Below the pieces are notes generated by a model. The model did not search any database. It saw only the letters and a program-made list of their open reading frames with translations, and was not told where the DNA came from. A program made the position numbers and the translations under genes. Shown one piece after another: positions 11,501 through 21,869 of a DNA stretch of 64,000 nt; position 1 is the first letter of the stretch, and each line of letters begins with the position of its first letter. This stretch comes from Candidatus Bathyarchaeota archaeon. GTDB taxonomy: Archaea > Thermoproteota > Bathyarchaeia > Bathyarchaeales > Bathycorpusculaceae. Where the stretch lies: NCBI GenBank assembly GCA_963828195.1, contig CAWHDT010000004.1, positions 32,001-96,000 on the forward strand. Direction: 5' to 3'.

Positions 11501-13274
11501 TAACGCCTGAATTGTCAGTCACTGTCGCAGTAAGTAAATAAGAACCAAAAGCTTCAGGAACAAAATTAAACGTTGACGCAGTCTGGCCAGTCTGAGCAAC
11601 ATTATTCACATACCATTGATAAGCCGTGTAAGAGCCTGAACCGCCAGAAGCAGACGCCGAGAAAGTCTTAGACTGACCAACATCCATAACCCAGGTAGAG
11701 GGCGACACGCTCACAGTTGGCAGATCATTCACCGTAACCGTTGCAGGACCAGAAGTCACTACTACTCCCGCATTATCGGTCACCTGAAGCTCTAAACTCC
11801 AAATGCCTGGAGTCGTAGAACCCGAAGTGACAAAGTTGAAACCCGCTGAATTCGTGCCGACATCAACGTAAGAACCACCAGGAGACTTCTCCAGCCACAG
11901 ATAATTGTAAGGTGAAGTACCTGTCGATACAGCAGTAGAAGTCAAACTACAAGTCTGACTCTGATTCACAGCTGTCGGGTTAGCTGTCACGGTTGGAGCA
12001 GTCAGCTCAGTATTTACTGTGATCGTCGCAGGGGAAGACTGAGCAGAAGTTGCTCCTGAACTGTCAGTAACTGTCACGGTAATCGAGTAAGAACCCACGG
12101 AATCAAGAACATCAGGATCCAAAACGAACGTTGACGATGTCTGACCATTCTGAGCAGCACCATTAACATACCACTGATAACTCATGTAAGACCCTGTACC
12201 CCCGCTGGGAGCAGCAGTAAACGTCTTAGACTGCCCAACATCGATCGTACTTGAAGTAGGCGATACCGTAACAGTAGGAGCAAAGTAAACTGTGCGTATT
12301 TCCTGATACCATTCGTTCTGATTTTGATCCGTGAAGAGATAACATAAGTTATTGTTCGCGATGAAAATTTGTGGACATGCTTCGTCATTCGTTAATAGGG
12401 GACTGTTACCCGATAAAGTGTATCCTGACGTGGGATTTGTAGAATACCACGCATTAATGCGCCACAAACCACTATTAGCTGAAGTTTCTGCTTCAGTCAG
12501 AAGCCAATATTCTCCACCAGTGTACATTATGGTTGGGAAAGCAGTGTTGTATGGTTTTGTAACGTTCATCACTACTGTGTCGCTGGCGGTGCTGAAGCCT
12601 GTTATTGAAGAGGAGGTTCTCGCCATGATTTCCCACCAACCCCCTGAATCATGTCCCTGCACCCAGAACAAGTACCATAAGTTGTTGTTAGGATTGAGCC
12701 ACACGAATGGATTTGTCCACTCGTCGTAAGAAGTTGTTAAAACTGTTCCTGACTCTGTGAATGTTACTCCATTAGAGCTTGTCCATAACTCAACATCCTT
12801 GTTGTTTATGTTGTTTAGGAACATGTAGAAAATTCCGTTAACGTAAACAACCGAGGGAGTACGGTACTCTCCAGTCCCACTTAAAATCGGGTTGCTTGGA
12901 TAAGCAGTCCAAGTTCCAGTGATACTGTTTGAATAATACAGGTTTACGAGGCTACCTTCTTCATTAGAGTCATAAGCCAGGTAAGTCCAAGTTGCACCAT
13001 TAATAGTGGTGTCGCATTGAACGATGTCGGTTGTGTGTACCACTTCAAAGCCATGTTGATCTGTCGGATTGCCAGAAATCGGATTAGAAGCACTAGACAT
13101 AGGATAAAATGAGAGGGGAGTGGCTTGAGCATGAGCAGTTTGAAGAATGTTTGGAACGCTGAAAAGAACGCTAAATGTACTTATCGTCAACAAAGCTATG
13201 ATAAGGCAAGTTACTAAGCGTTTTTTAGTCTGCTTTTCACCTATATTCTTAATCTTGCATAAACGGAAAAACAT
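8520..13274 (-). CDS. Giant surface protein: N-terminal GH43/GH32-like beta-propeller, tandem Ig/PKD-like repeats, P/T linker and TM anchor
   Basis: Propeller-type motifs (WTAYPSNPIL, WTNPFVW), repeated 'YQWYV..G..S.F...GTY.ITVTVTDS' units, C-terminal TM plus KR. Confidence 0.85.
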   Translation of the reverse strand: MFFRLCKIKNIGEKQTKKRLVTCLIIALLTISTFSVLFSVPNILQTAHAQATPLSFYPMSSASNPISGNPTDQHGFEVVHTTDIVQCDTTINGATWTYLAYDSNEEGSLVNLYYSNSITGTWTAYPSNPILSGTGEYRTPSVVYVNGIFYMFLNNINNKDVELWTSSNGVTFTESGTVLTTSYDEWTNPFVWLNPNNNLWYLFWVQGHDSGGWWEIMARTSSSITGFSTASDTVVMNVTKPYNTAFPTIMYTGGEYWLLTEAETSANSGLWRINAWYSTNPTSGYTLSGNSPLLTNDEACPQIFIANNNLCYLFTDQNQNEWYQEIRTVYFAPTVTVSPTSSTIDVGQSKTFTAAPSGGTGSYMSYQWYVNGAAQNGQTSSTFVLDPDVLDSVGSYSITVTVTDSSGATSAQSSPATITVNTELTAPTVTANPTAVNQSQTCSLTSTAVSTGTSPYNYLWLEKSPGGSYVDVGTNSAGFNFVTSGSTTPGIWSLELQVTDNAGVVVTSGPATVTVNDLPTVSVSPSTWVMDVGQSKTFSASASGGSGSYTAYQWYVNNVAQTGQTASTFNFVPEAFGSYLLTATVTDNSGVTSPQSPAATVTVSASLSVNVSPSSWVMDVGQSTTFTTTVSGGTGTNTGYQWYVNGTAQSGATASTFSFAPVSPGTYLITATVNDSAGATSAQSIAASVTVAASPTVSITPSSSITMDVGQIQAFTATANGGSGTLSYQWYVDGNVVGSNNARYSYTASAGTHSVTCKVTDSASTPATSPASNAVSVKVNSSLVAPTVTPNSGTVDQGRTCSLTSTAVSTGSSPYSYQWFEEAPGSSFSPISGAVSNSYNFVTSGYTVTGSWSFELQVTDSAGTPVTVTSVAASVVVNVALTVSVSPSSWVMDVGQSETFTAAPSGGSGSYTGYQWYVNGSAQSSQVGSTFSFAPASGGTYLIGATVTDSSGATSQSSTAPVSVATSPSVSITPPGPLAMDIGQVQIFTAAVIGGSGGINYQWYLDGTMVGSNSTSYSYTASGTSHSITCQVTDSASIPVTSSASNAVSATVDSALVSPTASASKAEVDQGQTTVLGSTAVTSGTSPYTYQWLQKAPNSTSYSTINSAASSSYSFATISSTTVGSWSFELQVTDSASSKTAVNSTVVSVTVNAAPTASVTPDSATLNVGQFQVFTASASGGSGSYLSYQWFVNGSAQSGQTASTFNYSPAASGSYLITVTVTDSLNATSVPSNAALVSVNVVPTVSVSPSSWTMVVGQGETFTATAIGGSGSYASYSWYVDSVLQSGHVSSTFNFAPTSAGTYSITVTVTDSLGTTSVQSPSATVIVTQITIAVTQTANGLIAPGTSPVNYGATPSFTITPNTGYHVATITANGVSVPVTSSSGQSYQFSSVSADGSLTAAFAINQYTITVTQGANGVISPDTTSVVYGGSQVFTITPSTGYSIASLTVDGSSVAVASSYVFSYVQGPQSITGTFTLTPTSTPASTPSPSALPTSAPDSPKNPTPGPTAVPKGTPNPTSTPAPTHTPSPTISSTSSAGPLANAANKATLFSEVYLGLIIATITVTVILVSLVWFLKRSPNRRNS

Positions 13275-13637
13275 GAATTATCCTTTCTCCACTAAAAACA
13301 GGTTCTCTAAAGCGTTGTTCAAGTTATTTCGGAAAAAAAAGCTACGCCGCTTTAGTCCACTTCAATTTATTTTATCAGCGTTCAGTTCATAAATATATTT
13401 GTGGGTGTGTTTCTGTAATAACAACTTAAAAAAGATAGATTTCACCAAAAAAAGCCAAATACTTTGAAAAAACTAATACCCAAATTACCCTAGTCACTAC
13501 TCGGGGTCTTACTTCCGAACTCGAACGTATAGCCACAATATAGCCATAACATTGATGTTGATTGCAATGGGTGATGGTGGAGGCGACTCAAACGCATAGG
13601 AATAAGTACGAAACTTGTGCTTACCTACCGTGTGCTA

Positions 13638-14786
13638 TTAGCCGATCAGTAAACTTTCAAATGCCTCGACCCGCTTATCCCAAGAGCAATCTTCTGCAAA
13701 TCTTATTCTTTTCGCAACTATGGCTTCATGGTCAGGCTTATTGGATTCTTTCACGGCTTCTTCCACCTTTCTTATGAAATCGTCTTCATTTTTTCCGATA
13801 TAGACAAATTCAGATGCGTTATTAATTACCTCTGGCAATGCTGTCGAAACAACGGGTTTCCCTGCCGCCAAGTATTCATACAGTTTTATTGGATTAACTG
13901 CACGTGTAAGCTTGTTTATTCTGAACGGAATCAGACAGACATCCATATAAGCCAAGTACTTTGGAAGAATTTCGTATTTCTTGACGCCAAGCAAGGAAAT
14001 ATTGGGATGTTGTTTGAATTTTTCTAATCCATAATTAACTGGTCCGATAAGCAAAACCGAGTAATCCGAATGCAACTCCGCCAGTTTGCAAACCAACTCC
14101 ACATCAAACCAGTCAGAGATCGCGCCGTGATAGCCAATTATGGGATGCCGTAGACGTTCCATTTCCGAGATTTTTTCATTAACTTTTGTAGCTTTAAGAA
14201 AGTGAGTCACATCAGCTCCATTTGGAACATAAAAGCAATTTGAATTGAACTTTGAGAGCTTCTGACGGAGAGCCTCAGATGTTACAACAACGGCAGAAGA
14301 GTTTGTAACCATATTTTGTTCTTCACGTAACACCCGGGCAACATCAGCCACATCAGAAAAACCGCTTACTTCGTCAACACAGTCGAATAGGATCTTTGTT
14401 CCCATAGCTCTTAGAGTGCTTAAAAGAGGAGCATATGCATTGCCATAGAAAATAGCCACATCAGGTTTAAAATGGAGGAAACGAAGAAACAACTTGAGAC
14501 CCGACACTTCAAGACCCCCATTAATGAACCTCAGTTTACCTTCAAAAGGAGGAAGAAACATGTTAACTGCGCTGAGCCGACTATTGATTTTTTTTCTTAA
14601 AAACAGGTTTTCGCTAGTAACAATCCATGAAAACTTGTTCAAGTACAATGGACCTTGAATGTACAGTACCGTATGACCGTTTCTAGCTAGTCTTGAGGCC
14701 AACTGTTGAGGCCTTTCCCAAAGTACCGTTTTCTTCTGAGAAAGAGTAAGCATACCATATACCGGAGAAAGCATAAGTATTTTCAA
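13638..14786 (-). CDS. Glycosyltransferase family 4 (TuaH-like)
   Basis: ERPQQLA, VPNGAD and NPIKLYEYLAAGKPVVST motifs. Confidence 0.9.
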   Translation of the reverse strand: MKILMLSPVYGMLTLSQKKTVLWERPQQLASRLARNGHTVLYIQGPLYLNKFSWIVTSENLFLRKKINSRLSAVNMFLPPFEGKLRFINGGLEVSGLKLFLRFLHFKPDVAIFYGNAYAPLLSTLRAMGTKILFDCVDEVSGFSDVADVARVLREEQNMVTNSSAVVVTSEALRQKLSKFNSNCFYVPNGADVTHFLKATKVNEKISEMERLRHPIIGYHGAISDWFDVELVCKLAELHSDYSVLLIGPVNYGLEKFKQHPNISLLGVKKYEILPKYLAYMDVCLIPFRINKLTRAVNPIKLYEYLAAGKPVVSTALPEVINNASEFVYIGKNEDDFIRKVEEAVKESNKPDHEAIVAKRIRFAEDCSWDKRVEAFESLLIG

Positions 14787-14943
14787 TTTAATCGACTCTC
14801 CATATTACTACATCACGAGGTAAAAGAGCATCACAAATCGATTTTTTAGTTTGAGTCTCAATAGTTACAATCAACTTGAGCGGCCCCGACTAATCCTTTT
14901 GTTTGATGTTAAAAGCGCCAGGTTATGTCGGCGTTTTTTGTGT

Positions 14944-16071
14944 TCAAACAGTTCCGAAACTTTGTTGACTAACCTTTGAATGTCCGGCAAATTCGCTTTC
15001 CAATATACTGACTATTTTTTTGCCTGTTGTACCATCGCCGAACGGGTTTACCCAACTTTTTTTGTGATCACAGCTGATTTTGGCTGCTTCAAGAATTTTT
15101 TCAGGGTTCGTGCCTGCGAGCATGTTTGACCCAACTTCCAAGGTCTCAGGTCTTTCGGTGTTATCTCGCAAAGTAACGCAGGGAACGCCAAGAATACAAG
15201 TTTCTTCTTGTACACCGCCAGAATCAGTTAAGACAAGTTTAGCTTTGCTTTCGAGTTGAATGAAAGCCAAATAGTCTAAAGGCTCAACCAACGTTATGCC
15301 TGTGTGATCTATGCCGAACTGATATAGCTGCTTTTTGGCCCTCGGATGAATGGGGTAAATCAGCTGAACCTTGAATTCACTCTGAACTAATTGCAAACCT
15401 CGAATAAGCCCTGAGAATTTGTTCTTGTCGTCAACATTTTCCTGCCGATGAGCTGTAGCTAGCATGTATTGGTTGCTTTCGACGCCCAAGGAGTCAAAGA
15501 TTTTGTTTTTTGATTTAGCTATTTCCAAGTTTTGGTACAGAGCGTCAACAACTGTGTTTCCAACCACGAAAATCTTCTTTTCTTCGATACCTTCGTGGAG
15601 CAGTATTTCCCTAGATTTTGGGGTTGGAGCAAACAAGTAATCTGAACAGTGATCAGTCAATATTCTGTTAATCTCTTCAGGCATACTCCTGTCATAACTG
15701 CGCAAACCAGCTTCAACATGCCCAACTTTGATTCCAAGTTTTACGGCGGCTAAAGCACCTGCTAAAACTGTATTTGTGTCTCCTTCAACGAGTACGACGT
15801 CTGGAGATTCTTTCTGCAAAACTTCTTCTATGCCTGCAAGCATCTTACCTGTTTGCTGCCCATGGCTTCCGGAACCGACATCAAGATTGTACTTTGCTTC
15901 AGGCAGATTAAGCTGCTCAAAGAAGACTTTATCCATGTTATAAGAGTAATGCTGTCCGGTATGCAGAATAAAATAATTCAAATTCAATCTGCTGCATTCT
16001 CGGATTATTGGTGAACATTTTACTATTTCAGGTCGGGTTCCCAAAATAACAGATATTTTCATGTTGAACAT
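14944..16071 (-). CDS. wecB: UDP-N-acetylglucosamine 2-epimerase (non-hydrolysing)
   Basis: GTRPE, HTGQHY, GDTNT, HVEAGLRS, TDSGGVQEE and TERPE motifs. Confidence 0.97.
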   Translation of the reverse strand: MFNMKISVILGTRPEIVKCSPIIRECSRLNLNYFILHTGQHYSYNMDKVFFEQLNLPEAKYNLDVGSGSHGQQTGKMLAGIEEVLQKESPDVVLVEGDTNTVLAGALAAVKLGIKVGHVEAGLRSYDRSMPEEINRILTDHCSDYLFAPTPKSREILLHEGIEEKKIFVVGNTVVDALYQNLEIAKSKNKIFDSLGVESNQYMLATAHRQENVDDKNKFSGLIRGLQLVQSEFKVQLIYPIHPRAKKQLYQFGIDHTGITLVEPLDYLAFIQLESKAKLVLTDSGGVQEETCILGVPCVTLRDNTERPETLEVGSNMLAGTNPEKILEAAKISCDHKKSWVNPFGDGTTGKKIVSILESEFAGHSKVSQQSFGTV

Positions 16072-16090
16072 TTACTCCCGCTGCAAAGTA

Positions 16091-17053
16091 CTATGATGAA
16101 GGTAAGTTAAGGGCGTTTGTTTTAGGGCGAGAACGAAAGTTAAAAAGGTAACCGATTGTCCACGCGGACCGCTTAAAAACAAAGTTCAGCGGCAACAAAA
16201 TACAACGTTTATCATTTGTGGCCTTGTATGCCTTCAAGATGTCTCTCGAAGAAACTAAAATGCCAAATGAAATGTCAAAGAAATTCAATATCAAGGTTCG
16301 CTCGCGCAGAGTTTCTTTGACATAAGTTTTTTCAATAGTTGCCCAATTTTTTCCCCACGCCTTATATTGCCTAAAAAGAGCTTTCCACGTAGGTCGTGAA
16401 TAATGATAAAACACTGCTGACTGCAAAAGATGAAGTTTGTATCCCAACATAGTCAATCTTTCAGCTAAGTCAGTATCTTCAGATGCAAATCGGAAAATCT
16501 CGCGAAAACCGCCCGCATCCAATATAGCGTCCTTTTCAAACACACTACCGCCTAATGCAAAGGTATTCGAGGCAACCACAAGTTGCGCCCCTCTTTCATT
16601 AATACACATTGCGTAGTTTTCCAACGCTCCTGACAGTGGCAAATTGTAAGTTAAACCTTGAACTCCACGGACTGCAGCAACCTTAGAGGAAGTTTTCAAG
16701 TATTCAATTGTGTTGCGCAGAAATTCAGGGTGTAAACGTTGGTCAGAATCCACAAAAGAAACGTAGTCTCCCTTGGATAGGTCAACAATTAACTGTCTGG
16801 CGTAACCCAATCCTCGCCCATCATCTGTCGCTATTTGCCAGTTAAATTTGGAATTACTTAATATTTCTTCGGCGATTTTTAAAGTTTGATCTTTAGATTT
16901 TCCGTCAACTAGCACGACTTGAATTTGATCGGCAGGATAAATCAAATTAAGTAGAGATTTTAAAGCATCTGCTATTGTCGCTTGGCAGTTTAATGTGCAG
17001 ATCCCAATTGTGACCAAGGGAACATCCGCAGGAATTTGTTTCAAATGAATCAC
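16091..17053 (-). CDS. Glycosyltransferase family 2
   Basis: VDGKSKDQT, FVDSD (DxD) and GGF...SEDTDL. Confidence 0.9.
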   Translation of the reverse strand: MIHLKQIPADVPLVTIGICTLNCQATIADALKSLLNLIYPADQIQVVLVDGKSKDQTLKIAEEILSNSKFNWQIATDDGRGLGYARQLIVDLSKGDYVSFVDSDQRLHPEFLRNTIEYLKTSSKVAAVRGVQGLTYNLPLSGALENYAMCINERGAQLVVASNTFALGGSVFEKDAILDAGGFREIFRFASEDTDLAERLTMLGYKLHLLQSAVFYHYSRPTWKALFRQYKAWGKNWATIEKTYVKETLRERTLILNFFDISFGILVSSRDILKAYKATNDKRCILLPLNFVFKRSAWTIGYLFNFRSRPKTNALNLPSS

Positions 17054-17136
17054 TTGATTAGATTATTGTTCTTACTAATCTTAACATTTGTTTCCCATTG
17101 AAAACAGGTTTTACCTGTTTCTGTGCATTTACTTTA

Positions 17137-19266
17137 TTATCCGCCTGGCGCTTCGTAGACTTCGCTGCCTCCGTTTGTATAAACAAGATCTGTCTGATTA
17201 AGAACTGGCGAAAGTGTACCGTTCCAAACTAATTTTTCATAGTTAACACTAACATAACTTAGACCTACGAATTCACCAGGAGATACAAAGGAATTATTCG
17301 TGAGAGCTCCAACATATCCAGGGTAGATAAGGCCATAACCAGTTAACGCAGTATCGAGCCCGTAATCAGCAATAAGAGTATAATTATTTTGGTAGGGAAC
17401 ATTATTAGAAATCCATTCTGCACAATATACACTGTGAGTGTCAATAAAACCGTAGTCCACGTATAACTGCAGGGGGTTCATTCTGTATTCGCTTAGTGGA
17501 ATAGACCAGCTTTCGGTTTTTGCAACTTCATAAACAAAGTTTGTTTGGAAGAGAAAATAAGGAACTATTATAGCAACAATGAGTAACGAAAACAGTATTT
17601 TTTTCTCATGCTTGAAGACAAACTGGACTGATGTCCACATGCCTATTACGCAGAAAGGTGCTAAGAACATTAGCAATATGTGATAGAACCGCGTCATGTT
17701 TAAGGCGTTTGCTAATCCTGGAACTGCAATTAATGCAGCCAACAAACCTAAAGCTACAATACTAAAAATCGTGTATTCTCGGTCAAAACGAAAACGAGTT
17801 TTTTTCAAGATTAAAGCAAATATGCCTATGGCAATAAAAACTTCAGTCAAATATGCGAAGGCTCTGCTGACAGTATTTAGCATGGAAGGAGACTGCGCTA
17901 ACCCTATTCCGGTTAAAACTTCCGTACCTCTAGATGCTGGGTTAAAAATCCCGCCGAATTGGGAAGCAACTAGATTTGCGATTGAAGTGAAACTGTTAAA
18001 GACGGCGGAGCCTGAAGTAAAAATGTACCAGGCGAACATTGCCACGAAGAAAAATACAATCATGCTAAACTGCAAATTGAAGTGGGGGCGTTTCAGATAC
18101 ACTGAAGCGAGCCATGCAGCAAAAATCATAAAGAGAAAAATTTCTGCCAATGCATAATGGGATAAAATTAAGCCAACGCTGAAGATGGCAAAACTTGCGA
18201 ATTTAACGCCTTGCTTGATTTTCTTGTTTAACAGCACCAGCAGTAAGAGGACAAAAAATAATTCACCAATCATCTGCCGGTTTAACCCAGTCAATTCGGT
18301 GAAAAATGTTATATCAGCCATGAACACGAAGGCTGAGAAAAAAGCAAATTTCTTGCCAATGTATGGCTTCCAAAGAAGGTATAGACCCAGAGGGACTAAT
18401 GCAAAGATGAGGGGATAAATTACTTTGTACACCCAGGTAAGGGAGATTCCAAGTAGGTTTGAGTAGACAGTTGGAAGTATGGTGATGCTGAGCATTGCGT
18501 TGTATCTGCCAAATGTCAGGTCGGAAGGCACAGAAAATACTGGATTCCAATGAGAGAGAAGTTGGGTTGTTCCGGCAACGAAAAGTTCGTTTGGAGAATC
18601 GCTTCCATAGGGCAGTATGTAGTTAGATATCAGGGAAGTCTGAAACAGCAACGCTATAGCGACCATAAGTATAGCGAATGGGTAAATATTTGTGGATTTT
18701 CCATGAAATGCGATGGCGGTGAACAGCAGGGCAACAGATGCAATCATGATTAATAAAAATACGTTGTCGCCTGATACGTTTACAAAATATGCGCCTATGA
18801 TGCTTAAGAGAGGAATTAAAGTTAAAAGCAAAAATGACGGGGAAAAGCTTTGGTTTTGAGGATTCGAATCTGGTTTTGCTTTTTCCTGTCTTAGTTGAGT
18901 TGCGACCGCGCCTACAAGTACCAGGGTATTTATGGATAAGGACAAGGGTAAAGTAGAAAGAGGAAAGCTGTACCCAACTAATGCACCAAACTCATTTATA
19001 ATCAATCCTGCAACCAAAAGAAAAGCAACGCTAAAGCCAACGGCGTAGATGATGAATTCAGCTGTGCCAAGTTCAAGTTTTAAAAGCTTAATAACGATGA
19101 AGCCTGGGACAAATGTCAGGTAAAAAAGGCCAATTACTTCCCTAGCCAATGGAAAATTAAGAAAAAGCGAAATGTACATTGCAACTTGTAGAAAAACAAC
19201 TATACCTAGAAAGTGCCGCGAAAGATATTTTTGATTAAAATCCATTTTTAGATGCACCAAAATCAA
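17137..19266 (-). CDS. DUF2206 family multi-pass membrane protein (GT-C/polymerase-like)
   Basis: Many TM helices; LTFVPG, GSD..E, NAMLSITILP and RQMIGELF motifs. Confidence 0.85.
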   Translation of the reverse strand: MILVHLKMDFNQKYLSRHFLGIVVFLQVAMYISLFLNFPLAREVIGLFYLTFVPGFIVIKLLKLELGTAEFIIYAVGFSVAFLLVAGLIINEFGALVGYSFPLSTLPLSLSINTLVLVGAVATQLRQEKAKPDSNPQNQSFSPSFLLLTLIPLLSIIGAYFVNVSGDNVFLLIMIASVALLFTAIAFHGKSTNIYPFAILMVAIALLFQTSLISNYILPYGSDSPNELFVAGTTQLLSHWNPVFSVPSDLTFGRYNAMLSITILPTVYSNLLGISLTWVYKVIYPLIFALVPLGLYLLWKPYIGKKFAFFSAFVFMADITFFTELTGLNRQMIGELFFVLLLLVLLNKKIKQGVKFASFAIFSVGLILSHYALAEIFLFMIFAAWLASVYLKRPHFNLQFSMIVFFFVAMFAWYIFTSGSAVFNSFTSIANLVASQFGGIFNPASRGTEVLTGIGLAQSPSMLNTVSRAFAYLTEVFIAIGIFALILKKTRFRFDREYTIFSIVALGLLAALIAVPGLANALNMTRFYHILLMFLAPFCVIGMWTSVQFVFKHEKKILFSLLIVAIIVPYFLFQTNFVYEVAKTESWSIPLSEYRMNPLQLYVDYGFIDTHSVYCAEWISNNVPYQNNYTLIADYGLDTALTGYGLIYPGYVGALTNNSFVSPGEFVGLSYVSVNYEKLVWNGTLSPVLNQTDLVYTNGGSEVYEAPGG

Positions 19267-19380
19267 ACAATTTTTCTGACTATCAAAGAACGGAACTAAA
19301 AATCCATTTCTTGGATGGTCAAAACGTTTTACGGCTTGACTCTACTAAGCAAGCTCTCTTCTGAACAATGTCTTTTTAAT

Positions 19381-20016
19381 TTATAAAAAGGTTTTGTTTA
19401 TGAAAGCTTTTAGCCATGATTGGACAATGAGAGCATGACCAACAGGTGTGGGATGAATTCCGTCTTGTGACCAAAACTTCGGATCTCTTTTTCTGGCAGC
19501 TTCTCCAAAAATCTTGTCTAATGGAATAAGAAGAGTTTCGAATTCTTCGGAAAGTTTTCTCACAACTTCAATTTTTGGATCCAAATCTTCTCTAAGTTTG
19601 AGCTGGTCTTTAGCCACGATTATTGAAAAGGGTTCCATTAAAATCATTTTGGAGTTGAAGTTGTCACGCGTCTTTTGCAGTATCATTCGGTAGTAATTTT
19701 CAAAATCTGCCGTCGATATTGGACTATTCCAGAAGTACTTGCCTAACGTATCGTTGATTCCTATAAGAATTGAAACGATATCGGGTTTCAGATCCAAAGT
19801 GTCTTTTTGCCAGCGATTACAAAGGTCTTTGATTCCGTCACCTTTTACACCTCGATTAAGAACCTTGACTTCTGTTTCTGGATACATCGCCGATAACCAT
19901 AATGCGGCCAACAAGACGTAGCCAGTTCCAAGATTCTCATCGTTCTTGTAATTTCTTCCTGAATCAGTTATGCTGTCCCCTTGAAATAGAATCGTGATTT
20001 TTGATTGCAGCTCCAT
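19381..20016 (-). CDS. SGNH/GDSL hydrolase
   Basis: FQGDSITD, NRGV.G, GIND and DGIHP catalytic blocks. Confidence 0.93.
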   Translation of the reverse strand: MELQSKITILFQGDSITDSGRNYKNDENLGTGYVLLAALWLSAMYPETEVKVLNRGVKGDGIKDLCNRWQKDTLDLKPDIVSILIGINDTLGKYFWNSPISTADFENYYRMILQKTRDNFNSKMILMEPFSIIVAKDQLKLREDLDPKIEVVRKLSEEFETLLIPLDKIFGEAARKRDPKFWSQDGIHPTPVGHALIVQSWLKAFINKTFL

Positions 20017-20041
20017 TTATTGAACCCTCGAATCATTTCTT

Positions 20042-20087
20042 ATTTTTAAAAGAACAACAACACCGGGAAAACAACTGTTGTTCTTCT
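20042..20087. repeat. Dispersed hairpin repeat, partial copy B
   Basis: Reverse complement matches 1208-1253 at 44 of 46 positions. Confidence 0.85.
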
Positions 20088-20112
20088 AAGGTGATTTGAG
20101 GGCAGAAAGAAG

Positions 20113-20730
20113 TCATTTTGAGCTTTTCCAAAACTTGTTTATGAAGCTCTCGGTATCTTGGTAGAAATAATCTATGTTTTCCTTGATTTTGCTTTCTTCC
20201 CAATCCCACCACCTGATCTTTAGAAGCTTTTCGATTTGGTCTGGTGGAAAACGATATTTTACTACTCGAGCGGGATTTCCTACTGCAATTGCATACGGTG
20301 GAATATCTCTAACGACTACGGAGCCTGCTCCTATCACCGCTCCGCTTCCAATTCTTACCCCTGAAAGGATGATTGCGCCTACGCCAACCCAAACATCGCT
20401 TCCGATAATCACAGGTCCCTTGCTTTTACTGTCCACGTTATCGTTTTCTACATTTTGCAATTTTTTTTTCAATGGAAAAGCAGTTACCTTGTTTATGTCA
20501 TGCTCGCCGCCCATTAATACTATCACATTACTTGCAAACATGCAAAACTTTCCCACTACAAGTTGGTCATCTGAGCGCCAAGAGAGGATTTTGGGCCCGC
20601 CAGAGCTATATTTTCCAATTTGCACGCTCCCTTTAGGCTCAGCATTGTCACATCGGTAAATTGCTGTTAAAACTAAGTTTCTTGCAGTTATGCTTCTACC
20701 AAGAACGGTTAACACAATTCTATCCAGCAT
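20113..20730 (-). CDS. CatB/Vat-like hexapeptide O-acetyltransferase
   Basis: IGSDVWVG...[22 protein letters not shown] and KIRWWDW. Confidence 0.92.
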   Translation of the reverse strand: MLDRIVLTVLGRSITARNLVLTAIYRCDNAEPKGSVQIGKYSSGGPKILSWRSDDQLVVGKFCMFASNVIVLMGGEHDINKVTAFPLKKKLQNVENDNVDSKSKGPVIIGSDVWVGVGAIILSGVRIGSGAVIGAGSVVVRDIPPYAIAVGNPARVVKYRFPPDQIEKLLKIRWWDWEESKIKENIDYFYQDTESFINKFWKSSK

Positions 20731-20806
20731 GAGATCATTTCCAAATTAGTGAATTTCAACTAGCTTAAATTCTTAAAATTAGAAAAGCAGCGAAGGGAAA
20801 GTTAGT

Positions 20807-21763
20807 CTACAGGGTTTTTCGACGTTCGAAAGATGTGAAAACACCTGCTTTTATTTCTTTTAAATGTCTTGCCATGTTGATTTCAGCTTTAATAGTGTAC
20901 AGTGAGAGTTTGCTATTCCGGGTTAATAGGCTGGCGGCGAAGCGACCTAAAAAGATGCCGTAGACGAAATTCGCGAGGTTCCATGGAGTTTGTTTTACGT
21001 TTTTGAAGAAGAAATAGGTATGGTATGATATTTCCATATGTGTTCGGTATTCGCTGCTGATTCTTGCCAATTCGGAGTGCTTATGTAAAACTTTCGCGTT
21101 AGGGGTCATTAAAACAGATTTTGGGTGGCTTTTCTGTATCCTATAGGAAATGTCCATATCGTCACAAAGTGAATATCTACTTAAGTTTTCATCCCATTTG
21201 AACTGGCCTAATATCTTTCTTTTATAGGTACAGTTGTTGCCACTTAGCCATTCGCATTCAATAGTATGAGTTAAAGGATAAGGGTAAGATACTCCGGTTG
21301 CAAATACTCGTGACTTGTCTTTTTCTAAAAAGAAAGAGGGAAACAGCTTGCAAATAGCGTTAGAGCGCGCTGGGAAACCAAGACCTATATTTATTACGTG
21401 CCCGGCAACTCCAGAGACATCTGGATAAGCCTCATAAACTTTCAATATTTCTTTAATGTAATCTTTTTGCAATATGACGTCGTCGTCTAGACTGCAGTGA
21501 ATTTCGCCTGTTGAATTGGCAATGCCTGCGTTCCTCGCTTGTGTTACTCCTTGCCCCTTGCCCCGCAAGTATTTGAGCTCTATATTCTTGCTAGAAAAAT
21601 CTTTCTGCATTCGCTTAACTAAATTTTTAGTTTCATCGTTTTTACTATCATCCACTATAACTACTTCTTTTGGATACACTGACTGGTTCAAGATGGAAAG
21701 TAAAAGGTGACTAAGAACTTCAGCTCTATTCAGAGTTGGAATAGAAATGGAAAAATTTGACAT
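20807..21763 (-). CDS. Glycosyltransferase family 2
   Basis: IPTLNR, IVDDS, ARNAG, LDDD and DDMDIS. Confidence 0.9.
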   Translation of the reverse strand: MSNFSISIPTLNRAEVLSHLLLSILNQSVYPKEVVIVDDSKNDETKNLVKRMQKDFSSKNIELKYLRGKGQGVTQARNAGIANSTGEIHCSLDDDVILQKDYIKEILKVYEAYPDVSGVAGHVINIGLGFPARSNAICKLFPSFFLEKDKSRVFATGVSYPYPLTHTIECEWLSGNNCTYKRKILGQFKWDENLSRYSLCDDMDISYRIQKSHPKSVLMTPNAKVLHKHSELARISSEYRTHMEISYHTYFFFKNVKQTPWNLANFVYGIFLGRFAASLLTRNSKLSLYTIKAEINMARHLKEIKAGVFTSFERRKTL

Positions 21764-21869
21764 TTATGTTTCCTTCGCAAAAAATTTGATAATATAACTT
21801 GTCTTAATCCTATGCCGGTTAAATAAAATTTCGGATCTTGGAGTATAAAGTCCTGAAAGACTTAACGTT

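Noticed and set aside
20113-20730. Antibiotic resistance (cat/vat) call
   Set aside because: The hexapeptide fold is shared with sugar O-acetyltransferases, and the context is glycan biosynthesis
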